Made by a program: the position numbers and the translations under genes. Of a stretch of 64,000 nt of DNA, positions 1-15,130 are shown in pieces. Origin of the DNA: Blasia pusilla (taxonomy: Eukaryota); contig CM114271.1 in NCBI GenBank assembly GCA_050084515.1, positions 13,454,001 to 13,518,000 on the forward strand, written 5' to 3'. Under the pieces are notes generated by a model. That model was not told the DNA's origin, made no database searches, and saw only the letters and a list, made by a program, of their open reading frames with translations. Each line of letters starts with the position of its first letter. The stretch's first letter is position 1.

Positions 1-829
1 GTCTTTGCGAAGACTGGAACATCTTGGTGGAGTAGAGAAGACTAAAATATCTTTGTGAAGAAGAGAAGATTGTCAGCAGTTCCAAGAGGCACACCGTTAG
101 AGTAGTTAGGTTGGGAAGAGTTATGACGTTTCAGGAGAATTAGGAAAGGCACGACAGTTACTTTCAGTTGATTTCTTGGGATCATATGTAAAACACACTA
201 AATCATAGATTAGGAAGTTAGGGAGATCTAAAAAGATCTTTAGAGAGAAAGAAGCGCTTCACATCTCAAGAATATCTTGAGCTTGAACAAGTATTTAAAG
301 GTCCCTCATGTCTTTGATGGAAAAAATGCCTTCCCTTTCTTTATTTTGATGTGCGAATGTATGCATAATCTTATTGGGTCTGCAGAGAGAAGAAAGGTTT
401 GGTCTTGAATTCGATAGAGAAAGAATAAAAAATCACACAGATGTATGAAATTTGTTATACAGAAAAGTAACCCGCGCGGACACATTGAATTTTGATAGTA
501 AAATGAGCCATTGATTAACTATGTTCTCCTTGAGGTTCTTTGTTGTTTAATCGAGACTCAAATCATGAAATCATGAGATCCACTCAAGAAGATACTCTAA
601 GGGAAACAAAAAGATTTGGTATTGAGTGAAGTTGTTCTTGTTCTTTGTTTGATGCAAGGCCGAGGAAGTTCTTGAATTCCTCCCATTCATGAAAAACCTA
701 CCTCTCTTTTCAGGAAATTGTGATCTTCTTGGGGAAAAGACTATGTACTATTTGATCAAAAGATTGCAATTTCCATTCTCTTATATATTACATCCTTTGA
801 CCAAGTTGGGATCAAGTTATAGTTGCCAA

Positions 830-1204
830 GGAGCGACATCAACGTTGTTTTAGGTTATCCATCTTACAGACTAGATTGTCTTGGACTATTGAGGGATTTT
901 GGGTGTTAGATGTTTGTTGAAGAGTTTGGTTTGAGGGGATGTTGTGAGCATCATTGATGTATAAGAGTAGGGGGCATAGACTTGTATGGGATATTCATAG
1001 TGAGAATTATTCCCTATGCTGACTAGGGGATAGGTCAACATAGATTATTGTTGCACCACACTACTTGTTGTTGTGTCATGCAAATCCCATAGTGAGGGAG
1101 TGTAGGTTTGAGTGATATAAGCTTATAGTTTCAAGTGGCTAAGAGTTTAGTCATAAGGGTAATAGTGACTATGTGAGAGATGCACAAGTTTCACCACAAC
1201 GTCC
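830..1204 (+). mobile_element. Decayed 5' leader (pre-gag) fragment of the DNMT-Gypsy family
   Basis: Aligns by eye to the reverse complement of about 26995-27350 of the full-length element (GAGCGACATC..., GAGCATCATT.ATGTAT..., TAGGGG.CATAGAC). Confidence 0.55.
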
Positions 1205-2400
<1,196 letters not shown>

Positions 2401-4639
2401 AAAATAAAAATATTATATCTCAAGGGATAAGACAAGGGACTAATTTATTTGAGGGTGTAAGTGAGAGGCAACATATTTTGGGATTGTTGATCCTAGAACT
2501 TAGGGATTAGTGGGGGGGGAACTCCCAATGTTGGGCAAATTTAGTACGAGGGGTAGTCAAGTTAGTAAAAACAGAACCTGGACCACTTGTCAAGGGGGTA
2601 GTTTAGTGGAAAAGAAATTTGGGGATGGTTGGTTGTGTCTCCAGTGTCCCCATCTTCACTGTTTCCAACACCTCCTCTGGGTCTAGTTGTGCGGCTATCA
2701 CGACGCACTAGAAGGAATAGTTTATTTAGACACTAGAGTATACAACTAATTATGGTTGTATATCACATCTTACAACTAATGACTAGACATACAACTAGAG
2801 AATTTCTAGTGTCAAAGGACTTGTCGTATTGGACATCTAGTTATAAAATGACACGTCAACAATCCTACCTGGAAATCTGGACATTGTTGACATGGATAAT
2901 TTGACACTAATAGTAAGCCTTGTCATTGATGATGTGGCATATGAAATGGCACGTGATGTGTGAATAAAAATTCTAGTGAGCTTAGTTCTGTATTAGTGGT
3001 ACGTTGGAAAATATTTTGCATTAAATTTAGTGGTAACTTAGTCTTATCTTCACATTTGTCATGATTTTACTCAATCTCTTTGGAATTTAGTTATTAGTAA
3101 CTCAGATTTTGCAGTTGTATTAAATGATACGTGGATCACTGCAGTAATATGGAATTTGGTTAATACTACCAATAGTTGTTGTTACAACTACGTATGGTGA
3201 AAATAATACTAGATTTAGTTGTATGGAGTATGGTTTGAGATTGTGTCAATTTCAATGGTAGGTCACTATAAGATGTTATTGATGAGATTATTATCCAATC
3301 AATGGAGAAGATGCTTTGTACTTTTGCAAGATTTCCAAACGAGAGGTACACAAAAGACACAAACATCAACTTGAATGGAAAGAAATAAAATGTCAACTCT
3401 GTTCATGAGATGTTAACTACCCTCAAAATTATCCTCTGGATAGAGTACCATACATACATTGGCAATAAGTTCTAACTTTTTGCTGATACATCAACAATTC
3501 TACAGTTTACAAGTAGGCTAAAGTAGTGTATAGTAAAAAGTAACCTTTTAAATATTCTCTTTGCATCTCTTCTATGACCATAACAACAAAATCATGCATT
3601 TGGTGGAATAATTTTCTTCACAACTCTCTCAGGCCAAAGAACTGAAGTATTTAGTGCATGTTTCAGTTTTGTCTGTGGAGGGTTATTGTGAAGGTTTGGA
3701 TAAGGTAAATCCGCACCATCTTCATTCATAATGAGACATCCATCCACCTTGATCAGCCCCAAAGGGATCAAGTTAGCATGGAATTTATCTCGACTAGAAA
3801 TCCTTGATACCTTGCCTACTCCCACATGAAACCATCCTTTTCGCAATCCGCTTAAGAACACCTGGTCTCCTACCACCAACAACACATGGAAAAAATGAAT
3901 GAAAATGAATGAATGTATTACCAAAGACTATCTAATCCACATGTAGTGTAACTTCTGAAATATGCTCACCTTTGTGAAGCTCCAACCATTCGCAGGAATG
4001 TTGGATGAAAATTTCAAAATTGAAAGAGAATCCGGAGTTCTACAAAGAGAAATAACATAAGAATCAAATTTCATATGAAACATATTTTTTTTAAATAAAC
4101 TAGGAAATAAAAAAAAATTTGATGCATCAGATCTGAAACCCTCAAGAATTAGAGGTGACTACATTGAAGACTTACTGTATTATTCTCCTTCCTATCTTGA
4201 ATAGACAATCGCTTCTGCTTGACTTTCGCTTCCTTGAGGAGAATTCATCTGCTGTTTTTCCTTCTCCTTAGAGAGTCCCGAGACCAACGACTGAGTTGTC
4301 TTGATTGTACTTGTAGTAGGCAAGGGCAGTATGCCAGTGGTTCTCTTATTTTCCCTCATTGTAGAAGGCTCAATCTCAATAGATTGAAGTGTAGTGGATG
4401 TTTTGGGGGCAACATGGACAACAGATGTGACATTCTTACATGAAAAGTCATGACTAGGGAATGCAACGTCAACACATGCAGGTTTAGAGGGGGATATCGT
4501 TTGTATTGAATGAAATGCTTTTCTACTACATGTAGAAGTCTCATCTTCATTCCTTTACACTCATTGCAAGGGCACCTAATCATTCCTTTATACTCATTGC
4601 AAGAGCTTGCTCAACTCCAAATTCAAACACAACTTCTTA

Positions 4640-4748
4640 ACTATGTGTACATGGGGCGATGAAGTTCAGTATCTTCCCCAATATAGTTGGAGTCTTCCGT
4701 TGCATTTCATCAACACTCCTGACAAGGCTTGCAACTATGACTATGCTT
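4640..4748 (+). pseudogene. Captured exon fragment of an S1/P1 (plant ENDO/BFN1-type) nuclease
   Basis: CTWGDEVQYLPQYSWSLPLHFINTPDKACNYDY followed by a GTAAG donor; matches the W-x-D...W...LHFI-x-TPD-x-AC-x-x-DY segment of plant S1/P1 nucleases. No other exons seen. Confidence 0.75.
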
Positions 4749-4891
4749 GTAAGAATCCCACACCTCTTGGTCACTCTTGCCTTAGTCACTACCATATTCT
4801 GATTCTAAGGACTTTCATCTCCTCATCTGCGTGTATTCCATCACCCTTTCAATCATTAGGAAGGAGCATGTGTATGTAGTGGCGACTGGAC

Positions 4892-5078
<187 letters not shown>

Positions 5079-6689
5079 TGCCATAATTATCACCAACCAG
5101 TAGAAATTGCATATGAAACCCATCGGATCGCTCTTCGTTGTAAGAAACCCGAGGCGCTGAGTTCATCAATTTGTTTGTTCGTGTCCGTTTATCATGTCTA
5201 TCTACATGTGCAGTTCACAGATCGAGAGAAGAAGGAGAAACGGAAGAAAAGGGAGGAGTGCTTCCAATGGACAAGATCTACGGCATGCTTACGAGCATTT
5301 TTGCTTGAAACAAAGCCCGAAAGAGAGACGGATGGACCACAAAATCGTACTTGGAATGCATCAAACGGATCTAGCTTTCTACCGCGGTCACGAGCGGCGG
5401 CATCTGCTCCTCTCCTCTCCTCCCCTAGATCACTATTTTTCTTTCATAGTCTCGATGACTTTCTTGTCTCTCTGGCTTTCATTGCTCTCACCTTTTACAT
5501 TCACTCATTGTTGTCAACTAAATCCATGTCGTAAAGATAACAATCAATGGAGAGAGAAAGAGAGAGATAAAAAGTGCCCGACATCGAGGAGGAGGAAAAT
5601 GCAATGCAGCAAAATGATGGAGCAGAGTTGAGGAAGGAGTGATCTAGTCTCAGTTGTCGTGTTTGAAAGTGCAATGTACTCTAAGTTTGTAGTGTGGATA
5701 AATTTGAATCAACCCACAGCTCTGTAGGAATTCTCAAAGAGAATTGTGGACTTCAAATGAAAAGTTCTTGCAATTGAGAAATAGATACTAACCTCAACTC
5801 ATATGAAAACTCCTCTTGTTATCATCCAAGTCCAATACTATCATCGATCTCACAACTTCTCCAACTCACCTTGATTAGTGCAATCACTCCACTCTTCTTA
5901 TCATCTCGACAATCCACTGAAAGCAAGGAAGAGAAAGAGATGGCCTGAGAGATGGTTATGTACAAATTGTTGAAGTGAAATTGTGGAAGAGAAAGACAAA
6001 AGTGGTAACATTTGAGATAGTGATAACTCTCATTGTGTCCTCAGTTCTTAGACTTTGCAATCTCGCCCCTCCCACAATCTTGGCCCCTACTCAAACCCTG
6101 ATTTCCAACTAGTACAAAGGACTAGGGTTTTGGGAAAGGTACTCCCACGCGAACACCCAAGAGGTTCACATCTTCAAATCTTGTTCCTAAAAAAGAAAAA
6201 TCTCCCGCGAACCTAAAAACACCCTTTTATTTCTCCACCAATCATATCTAGCCATGTCATGTAACATTATCTAATACTAGACTAAACTTAGTAGATATAG
6301 TTTTATAAATTCTGCATCATTTATATAAAAATTACATTTTTTTATAATCTAAGAATCTTCCAAAATTTACAAGTGTCTATTATATGTTTATTTTTTAGTA
6401 TTTATTTTAAAACTAGTTGTAACTACATTTAGTTTTACCAACTAAAGTTAGTATCCATATATGACATGTCAATATTTGGAAATTATAAGATTAGTAATTA
6501 TCCAAATCAAAATTATTAAAGATAAAATAATAATGCCACATCATTAATATATAGCTCATCCTAGTTGTAAAATAAAACTAACATATGACACATCAACATT
6601 TGAAGTTTGACTAGTTGTATATTTAGTGCTTTGGGACCTAGTTGTAAATACGCAACTACCTTGTAATCACTATAATCCATCGACATTTA

Positions 6690-7095
6690 GCCCTGATGTA
6701 AAGATGGCGACTACGAGAACATTAGTTGCAATTGTAATAGGTAAGAAGTGGAGATTACATCACATGGACGTCAAGAATGCCTTCTTGAGTGGAGATGTTT
6801 ATAAGGAGGTTTCTATGACTCAACCACCAAGATATGAGCATTCACAATTTCGATTCCATGTATGCAGGTTATAAAAAGCTCTATACGAGCTCAAACAAGC
6901 TCCAAGATCTTGATATAGCAAGATTATATACGTCTTATAAGAGTTGGTATTTAGGGTATGTGATTATAACTCCTTATTATATGTCTTGAGAGGACAAGAT
7001 CATACGGTTATCATTGTGTTGTATGTTGATGACCTCTTGATTATTCGGAGTATTGAGGATATGGTACAAGAAGTCAAGCTAAAGTTATATGCAGA
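6690..7095 (+). mobile_element. Ty1/Copia reverse transcriptase fragment (pseudogene)
   Basis: WRLHHMDVKNAFLSGD...TQPP...VCRL*KALYELKQAPRS...VLYVDDLLI, with stops. Confidence 0.9.
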
Positions 7096-9277
7096 ATTTG
7101 GCTGGATTGGATTTTTCCAGGTGTTATATCGATGATATCTTGGTCTTCAACACCACATTTGGGGAGCATGAGCAACACCTTGTGGAGATGTTTTGACGAT
7201 TGCAATTACATGGGCTGAAGTTACATCCAGACAAGTTCTTTTTGTACCAGATTGAGTACTTTGATCATACGATATACCCAAGTGGTCTTGGTGTTCAATC
7301 GAAAAAGGTAGATGCTATATCATATATCCTACGTCCTACACATGAGATTCGCAAATGTCTATCGGCGATACGTCAAGGGATTTAGTATAATTACAAAGCC
7401 GTTAACCTTGTTGACAAAGATGGATCATAAGTGGCAGTGGGAAATTGAGCAAGAGAAAGCATTTCCGACGCTCAAGGATAGGTTGACATCTGCGCCTATC
7501 TTGAGGAAATTTGACAAGGGGCGTCCTTTCCAACTGCACAGATATTGGAGTATGTTGGGTCTTAGAGCGGTGCTCACCCAACATGATGATGAGGATAGAG
7601 AGTTTTTAGTAGCTTATGCTAGCTACTCAAAAAATGATGTAGAGGAAAGGTATAGCTCATATGAAGCAGAATGTTTGGCTGCAGTATGGGTCATCGCACA
7701 TTCTAGGTGTTATTTTTTGCTAATCCCTTCACCCTCGTTGGTGATCATCAGCCATTGAAATGGTTGATGGAGTCATAAAAGCTTGCAGGGAAGCTTGCCA
7801 TATGGGCTCTGTTATTGCAAAAGTATGACTTCCAAGTGATACATCAATCTGGGGTAATCAACCAAGATGCAGATGGTTTGAGTCAAAATCCATGTCTTAG
7901 TCAACAAGATGCAAATGGAGCTCGTTAGCATGATGAGAGTGATCACTCTCATCATGCTATCAATCTCCTTGATAGTTCCTAGATGGCACGCTTGTACCTA
8001 TTTGGTTTTGCTGGCTATGGATAGCCATACAGCCTCCACTACTACATTAAGGTTGGATGAAGAGTCCCTAGATCTAGAGTCCGTTGAGAAGGTGACAGGT
8101 GCTTGAGATATCCATAAGGATGAGATAGTCTTGGAGTACTTGTGGATTGGTAACATAGCAAGCACAGTGGGTGCTAGAGAGCGGGATAGGATCATACAAT
8201 GAGCACGATGATTCAGAGGGGAGGAGACACATGTTTTGAGAGTTTGGGATAATGGTAGAGTGGGAGTGGAGCTTCATCCTTTGCAAAGAGCATGATTAGT
8301 GCAACATGCCCATAAGGAGTTAGGACATTTTGGAGTAAGGCAGACATACATGTTGCTCCAATAACAGTATTGGTGGTGAGGCATGCAAATGGGCGTCTTG
8401 TAATTTATCGCCACGTGCATGGTATGTGATCGGGTCTAAGCATCATTCTATTCTTCGACCATACAATTGCATCCACTACCAAACATGGATTTTGGCTATC
8501 GATCAAGTTTGGATTTTGTAGGACCTTAACCATTGAGGGAGCACCACAAATGATATGTGTTGGTGATGGTCAACCACTTCTCAAACTCATTCTCGAAGTG
8601 GATAGAGTTGGTTGCATTGCTCGACAAGGCAAGTAAGGGGGTGGCATAATCCTTCCTTGATCGAGTGCTAAGTTAATATGGTGGACTAGCACAAGTGTTG
8701 ACATACTAAGGCCCCAAGTTTCGAGGAGATTTTCAAGCCTTGTATGAACAGGCATTGATCAAACACTACACAACATCTGGAGATCATCCTAAATGAGATG
8801 ATCTAGCCGAGTGTGTTGTCCAAAAAGGGAAGAGAGGATTTTAGGGTGGAGACATTCCAGAGAGTCATGCATATGGCATTCGAGAATTTGGAAATTGCAC
8901 AACATCGGGACATGTTGAGATATGCTACTATTAAAGGAGGAGGCTATCGACCAATGATCTGGAGGTTCCATCAGGGAGACTATATCTACCTATAGCAAAT
9001 AGAACCGACGATCTTTGATGTGACACAAGGGCGCACCATTTTGAGAATGCATGACGTTTTGCCATTCGGAGTTCTTATGTCAGAAGGACTTGATGGTATG
9101 GTTTGGAAGGACCATGTGCATAATTATGCACCTTGCCACCTTCCCAAAATTGATGGTACACTCGAATCGAGCTTGGTAGTGATATCTACATGCTTGCGGT
9201 GTATGTTATGTACATGTGCTAGGGATGCATCCACAATGCTAATCTATGATGGTTGTTCGAGAGGATGGCATTTGGAA
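7096..9277 (+). mobile_element. Decayed DNMT-Gypsy family pol fragment (RT C-half, RNase H, integrase, first half of PHD)
   Basis: CYIDDILVF; PFQLH..WSMLGL..VLTQHDD; YSSYEAECLAAVW; HKELGHFG; CMLC...DGCSRGWH. Colinear with 19830-22225 of the full-length element. Confidence 0.9.
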
Positions 9278-10329
9278 GGGGGCTGGTATTCAGGCACAAG
9301 AGAGTAAGAGAGGAGAGGAAGAGAGAAGAGTCTCTCTTAAAAAGAAAAGACCAAATACTTAACCTCTCTTCAAAACTTTCTACTATTTTTTAATTTTCTC
9401 CTCAACTTCAAATGCGAGAAATGTTAAGAAGAGATATTTGGTTGGACCAGATTGGGGCAAAAACAAGCCTCATTTTTTTCAGACCAAGATACAAAGTTGC
9501 AAATGTAAGCATGCTTCGGATATGCTAGAATCACTCTATGTGTAAGCAAGATCAGGGAGTGAAGGGTCTCAAAGTTTTTACTAATCTATCTGTGTAAGCC
9601 AGATTTATGGATCAAACAAGGAGATTATGATCACTCTTCTCAATCGATGGAAAGATTTTGGGCTCTTAATGCAAGACTCCTATCCTCATTCCCAACACTT
9701 AGTCAGAATTCAACAACCAGCCATGACAATCTAGGAGATTAAGGAACTCAGAGCCAGGAGAGGTGGTTTGCTGATAGTGCTTCCTGATAGTTTTTTTCGC
9801 AAATCAGAATGTTGCAAGGAATGGATACTAATGATGCACTTGAACTTGGAAGTAGAGGATAAACATAGAAGTAAAGAAATAGTGAGGATCTCGAGAATCT
9901 CAATTGCAATTGAGTCTTTTATTAGATCCATGGGATTTTGGCAAATATGGTTGGACATAGATGTCAGAAGTGAAGGAAGCCAATACGTTGAAGGAAACGA
10001 TTACTTGTTCTATGAGTGCGACAAATCATTTGAGATATTGTGAAACTAAAAAACCAAAGGAAATAGCCTGACCTACACATGAGGATATGACAGGAAACCC
10101 ACTGGTCCCATTCTGATGAGAGGCAAGAAATAAGAAAGACTTGGAGATTTGATAGGGAACACATTGGTTCAAATCAAAGATTAGAAAAATGATAGAGCGA
10201 CTCAAATCATCCGACCCTGCAACCAGTTGAAATCCTACATGTTCCATGATAGGATGTAAGCAAAAAGATATAAGGATAATTTCTTATCCAAATGATTCAT
10301 GTTAGGAAATATTTATCATGTAATGAAAC

Positions 10330-13300
10330 CTACAAGCCGTTGGAATCTAACCGGTTGCAAGAGATGACATCATGAGGAAAAGTTTAGTTACACATAAAAC
10401 TCCCACGAGAATAAAATAATAATAGAAAAATTGACATCGCTTGCAACTTGTTGTAAGGCTTTTCTTTGTTTTTTTTTTATCTTGCAACCCGTCAAAATTT
10501 GACAGGTTGCAAGATAGTAGAACTAACCATAAGATGTTACCAGAGTCTGTCGAAAATGAAAACCTCATAAAACACATGGCCAGTCACACATGCAACCCGT
10601 CGGAATCCAACGGGTTGCGAGCCACTACAACCGAATAGTAGAGTCCATGAGAGCATACACACCACACCAAAAGAATAACAGAAAATCAAGTTTCAACCAA
10701 TGGGAATCCGACCAGTTGAAGGTTGCAGTCAACGTAGAAATCCAAAAAGTAAGAAGAGAATTTCAAGCAAACCGTCGGTTCTCGACGGTTTGCAATAGCA
10801 CAAAAGCCTCCACAATATTTTGGAATCGGATCGCTAAAATAACATCAAACCTTGAGAATAAACGAAATTTGGTGCAAAACATCGAATTCCTTTATTACAA
10901 ACCGTTTGCAAGTTGGATATTTATATTTGATTTCCTGAACAAGAAAAGCTAGTCTATGATCTCTTCAGCCTAACTCTTTCCAATTCCTCTACAAGGCAAT
11001 TCTCTAGGCTATTCAGTGGCTTCTCTGCACGATTGTAGATGGGGATTGAGAAACAAGGAGAATTTGAGAGCATTGTCCCCCTGGAAACCTGGTATCGGTC
11101 CCATGTGACCCGAGAAAAGTCCCAACGTCTGCCTCAACATATGATTTTGAATGCTCTGCAAAGGAACACCCGTCCATAATCAATATGTGCTCCTCTGCTT
11201 CAACCAGTACATTTCAACGCCAAAACGCTTGAAATCCAGGGCACCTACACTCACTCATCATCATCCGAGAGCTCTTCCAGAATCACCTGTGGCCTTGCCC
11301 TCTCGATTCTTGGAATCATTGGTAGTGATGATGGCGTAACAACCAATCGCTTTGTTGAAGGCTCATTAATCCGTGGAGGCAACTTGTAAACGCCCATCAA
11401 CCTCTCGTAATCCGCCTTTGCCTCCCGAAAAAGTGCAAACATGTTATTCTGAGACTCAAGGCAGAGAATATTTCTTCCACTCTACCAAGTAGCTCTAACA
11501 CTAACATGGAAAAGATCCACCAAATCTAGCACCAAGCCACTAGGCCTTGAGCACAGCTCCATGAGGGTCTGCATGAGCGTCGAGGATTTTTCCCTCCCTC
11601 CAAGCAGCGGCATTCCTTCCTCTAGGACAATTCCTGGGGGTGAATTGTAGAGGTTGTTGAGTGTGTAACCATCGAAGGCAGGATCAACAGGATCCTAGAT
11701 CTCAAAAACCTTGAATCTGTGCTCCAATCTAACCAAATAATACACGTAGGAGTATTTGATATGCGTAGAAGAAAGCAGAACAATCATGTGAGATTCAAGG
11801 AACAAGTAATACAAGAAATGATTTTCTTCCATTAGCAACCCAACGCGTTGCAAATGTAAGATGTCTAGGCATTGAATATCGAATGAGGATGGAATAAGCT
11901 AAACAAGAGCCCCTACAACCCCTCAGAATCCAACGGGTTGCTCACCACCTCCCAGAATAGGAGTGGATGTACAAACCATCGAGTTCTGATGGGTTGCACA
12001 ATCTCGATTTGGGTCTATGTGCAACCCGTCTGAATCTGACGGGTTGCACGGTCCGCATTTGGATCTGTGTGCAACCCGTTGGAATCCGACGGGTTGCAAA
12101 AAGTAGTGCACTCTGAAAAAATGTCAATTGCAACCCGTTGAAGTCCAACGGGTTGCAAGAAAATACACACCTACCTTTTCTACTTGCGAATGAATATTAG
12201 CAGGCAGATTTTGCGGACTTACCCGGAGCTAGTTTGTTGGCGATCTCAGCATGTAGTAATTCTTGACTACCCAAGACTATATTTTTTGCCACTTCAATAG
12301 TCTCTTCATGCATTGCAAGTTGAAGAGCTCATCTTCGTGCCTCCAGTGAGAACAAGGAAACATCCCTTGTCACTCATATACGCGTTGGAAAATAAGAAGA
12401 TCAATGCGATATGGTCGTATGTGAAAGGAGTGTTCCAATCCAAAATTGTGTCGTGTGGGTTATCGTCCCACAATCTGAATCCCAATGATAGATCTACGAT
12501 AAGGAGGTCAACTGCAACTTCCTCAGCTATCCCATTGACAGTCCATTGGGCATGGACGCTTTGGAGAAGCTTTCGACCTAAGACTGTGAGCTTCTCCAGG
12601 GCAAGGGTAGACTCCTAACTTGAGAATTTCTCCAATTCTTCCAACGATGAGGTCTAATGGAGCAGGATCATGATTTTTTATGCTGCGTCCCAATGCTTGC
12701 CCAAGGACATTGGAGTATATATTACATTTTTGTCCCCTTGGAGGAACCAGTGTCTCCCTCTTTCTCTTCTTGTGAGTAGGGTGCCTACTGGTTGGGGTCT
12801 CTGTGACCTCGGGGATTGTATTTCATGGCCTCCCTTTGCCATTCGTCACGCTTGGATGATCCTGCCTTGAATGGTCTCAGCCCCTTGCCCTTCGATTCTA
12901 ACCCTGCGCTGGACTTGTCTTTTGCTGTTACTGTCTTTGACAAAATCTCAGTCGTCTCAATCATTTGTGCCTTGGCATCTCCTTCAAAGTACTCCTCGGT
13001 CTTGAAGATGTTGGGGATGTCCTCCTCGCCAACAGCAAGCGCATTATATAAGTCTTGCATTGTTGGATCAGTTAGTTCTTCTGGGTCGTTGAAGTCCAAT
13101 CAGATTGGATAGTTCAGTGCTTCCCAAGGGCTCATGTCTAGAGCCATCTCCACGTCGTGCATGGAGAATCCATCCTCATTCGGAGAATCAGCCCATAATT
13201 TGAACACATTCGAGAACTTGCTCCAAGTTCTTGCATTGACACATGAAGTTAAGAACCTAAAAACATCTACGCCACTCGATGACGGGCGGACTTGACAACC

Positions 13301-15130
13301 TATTCGAGAAGCTCCTTCTTCTTTTTGGCGAAGTCTCATTTCTTCACGTCGCCAATGTCCTCATTGACATCCCCCTACAGAAAAATTTGATTCTTAAACA
13401 TAGTCATGAATTCGGGGTTCTTCACCGGCTTATCCCGGATGTCATTCAACCATAGCTCATAGTCCTTAGCGGACTCAAGGCTTGCCTCCTCTATAATTGG
13501 CTCAATTCTCATGAGCTCGGCTTGAAGACATTGAATCATCAATTTTCCCAACAACCGCAATGCATACTAGAAGGACCATTCTCTCAACCCTTGAGAGATA
13601 AAAAGGTCCAACACCCCCTCGAGATGGTGTGTCGATTTTTTCTCTACCTCCGTTCCCTTGAGAATGATCTTCATGAGTCTTATCCGCCTGAATATCAAAA
13701 TACCTGAAAGGGCAAACGTGTAAACCAGATCCAACGACACCTTCTCTCCTATGCATCCATGCGGGTCCTTGTCCCTCTTTCGTTACTATTTTATGATGGC
13801 CTTCAACTCCTTGTAAAAGTTTGGGCTGAGCCTAGGGTTCAGCAAGGCGATGTAGTGTTGCATCTTGTTGGCTAAGTACTTGGTCCTTGCCGACACAACA
13901 GCCTGTATGAATTTTTCCCTCTTAGAAGCTGAAACATTCTCTCTGCGCTCCAGCTCCAGTGTCGCGCTTCTCTTTGCTGCGTGGATTTTCAACGAGCACA
14001 TAATTGTAACAGCTGAATTTTGGGAGATGTATGTGTTTGCCCAAGTCTTTTTCTTGATTTGTGCTCCTTTTGCGAGCATCTCATTCACCCACTCCTCTCC
14101 CAGGAATCCTTTGTATTACGCAGGGCGCGTTATAAGCACCTTCTTCACTCGGTCGCATTCCTGGATCCAATGATGTATCACATTCCCTTTCAACACGATG
14201 TTGCAAGGTACAATACTTTTTTAGAATGTTCCCACATGCAACCTGTAGGTTTTCGACATGTTGCGAAAATACTGTCAGCCATACTAAAATATAGATCAAA
14301 TAACAGAAGCGTGTGACCCATTGGAGTCCGACGAGTTGAAATTAATGGGTGGAAAAGAGCCCCATTGGCTTACGGCTTCTTGAGTCTCAGCAACCCGTCA
14401 TAGTTTGACGCGTTACACCACTGGGAAAAACTACATTCCTGGATGCAATCCGTTGGAAACCGACGGGTTGCATACATTCTATCTCAGTACCACACTTCGA
14501 GGCCATGTATTTTCAAATGATAAATTAGATATTTTACAACCCGCCACAGTCCGACAGGTTGCAATTCCCCAACAACTTGTAAACTCTAAAGCACCTTCTA
14601 GACTCTTAAGCAACCCATCAGAGTCCGATGGACTGCACCACTAGGGAAAACTTTGATCGTGGATGCAACCCATCAGACTCTGACGGGTTGCAATTTCCTA
14701 GCAACTTGTAGATTCTCAAGCACCTTCAAGGCTCTAAAGTAACTTGTCGGAGTTCGACGGGTTCTTTTGGTCCAAGATCATGCTTATATTGAATAAATTT
14801 TGTTGAAGTTGCAACCCATCGGATTCGGACGGGTTGCGCTTGAACTAATATAGCCCTAATAGGAACACTTTTGAAAAAGAATTGCACTCGGGTGTGAATG
14901 GCCTTGGAACCCATCGGAGTCCAATGGGTTGCAAGAGAATCTTTTGAATAAAAGTAAGAGGTCTTTGGGAAATGGGATACGCAATCCGTCAAAGTCTGAC
15001 GGGTTGCATATTCGCCAGGGAAGAAGTACTTGTCTTGCAACTCGTCGAAGTCCGACGGGTTGCTGATCTAGTAAATAATTTTTTTACTGAATCAAAAAGC
15101 AACAACCTATCGGAGTCCGACGGGTTGAAA
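10330..15130. repeat. Dispersed 29-bp palindrome TGCAACCCGTCGGA-N-TCCGACGGGTTGCA, more than 20 imperfect copies
   Basis: Clusters at about 10330-10800, 11910-12160 and 14235-15130. Confidence 0.9.

Noticed and set aside
1-800. LTR-like purine-rich sequence at the window start
   Set aside because: Probably decayed TE, but no boundary or motif could be supported.
10330-15130. Palindromic repeats as a CRISPR array
   Set aside because: Spacing is irregular, copies are degenerate, there are no cas genes and the context is a eukaryotic TE.
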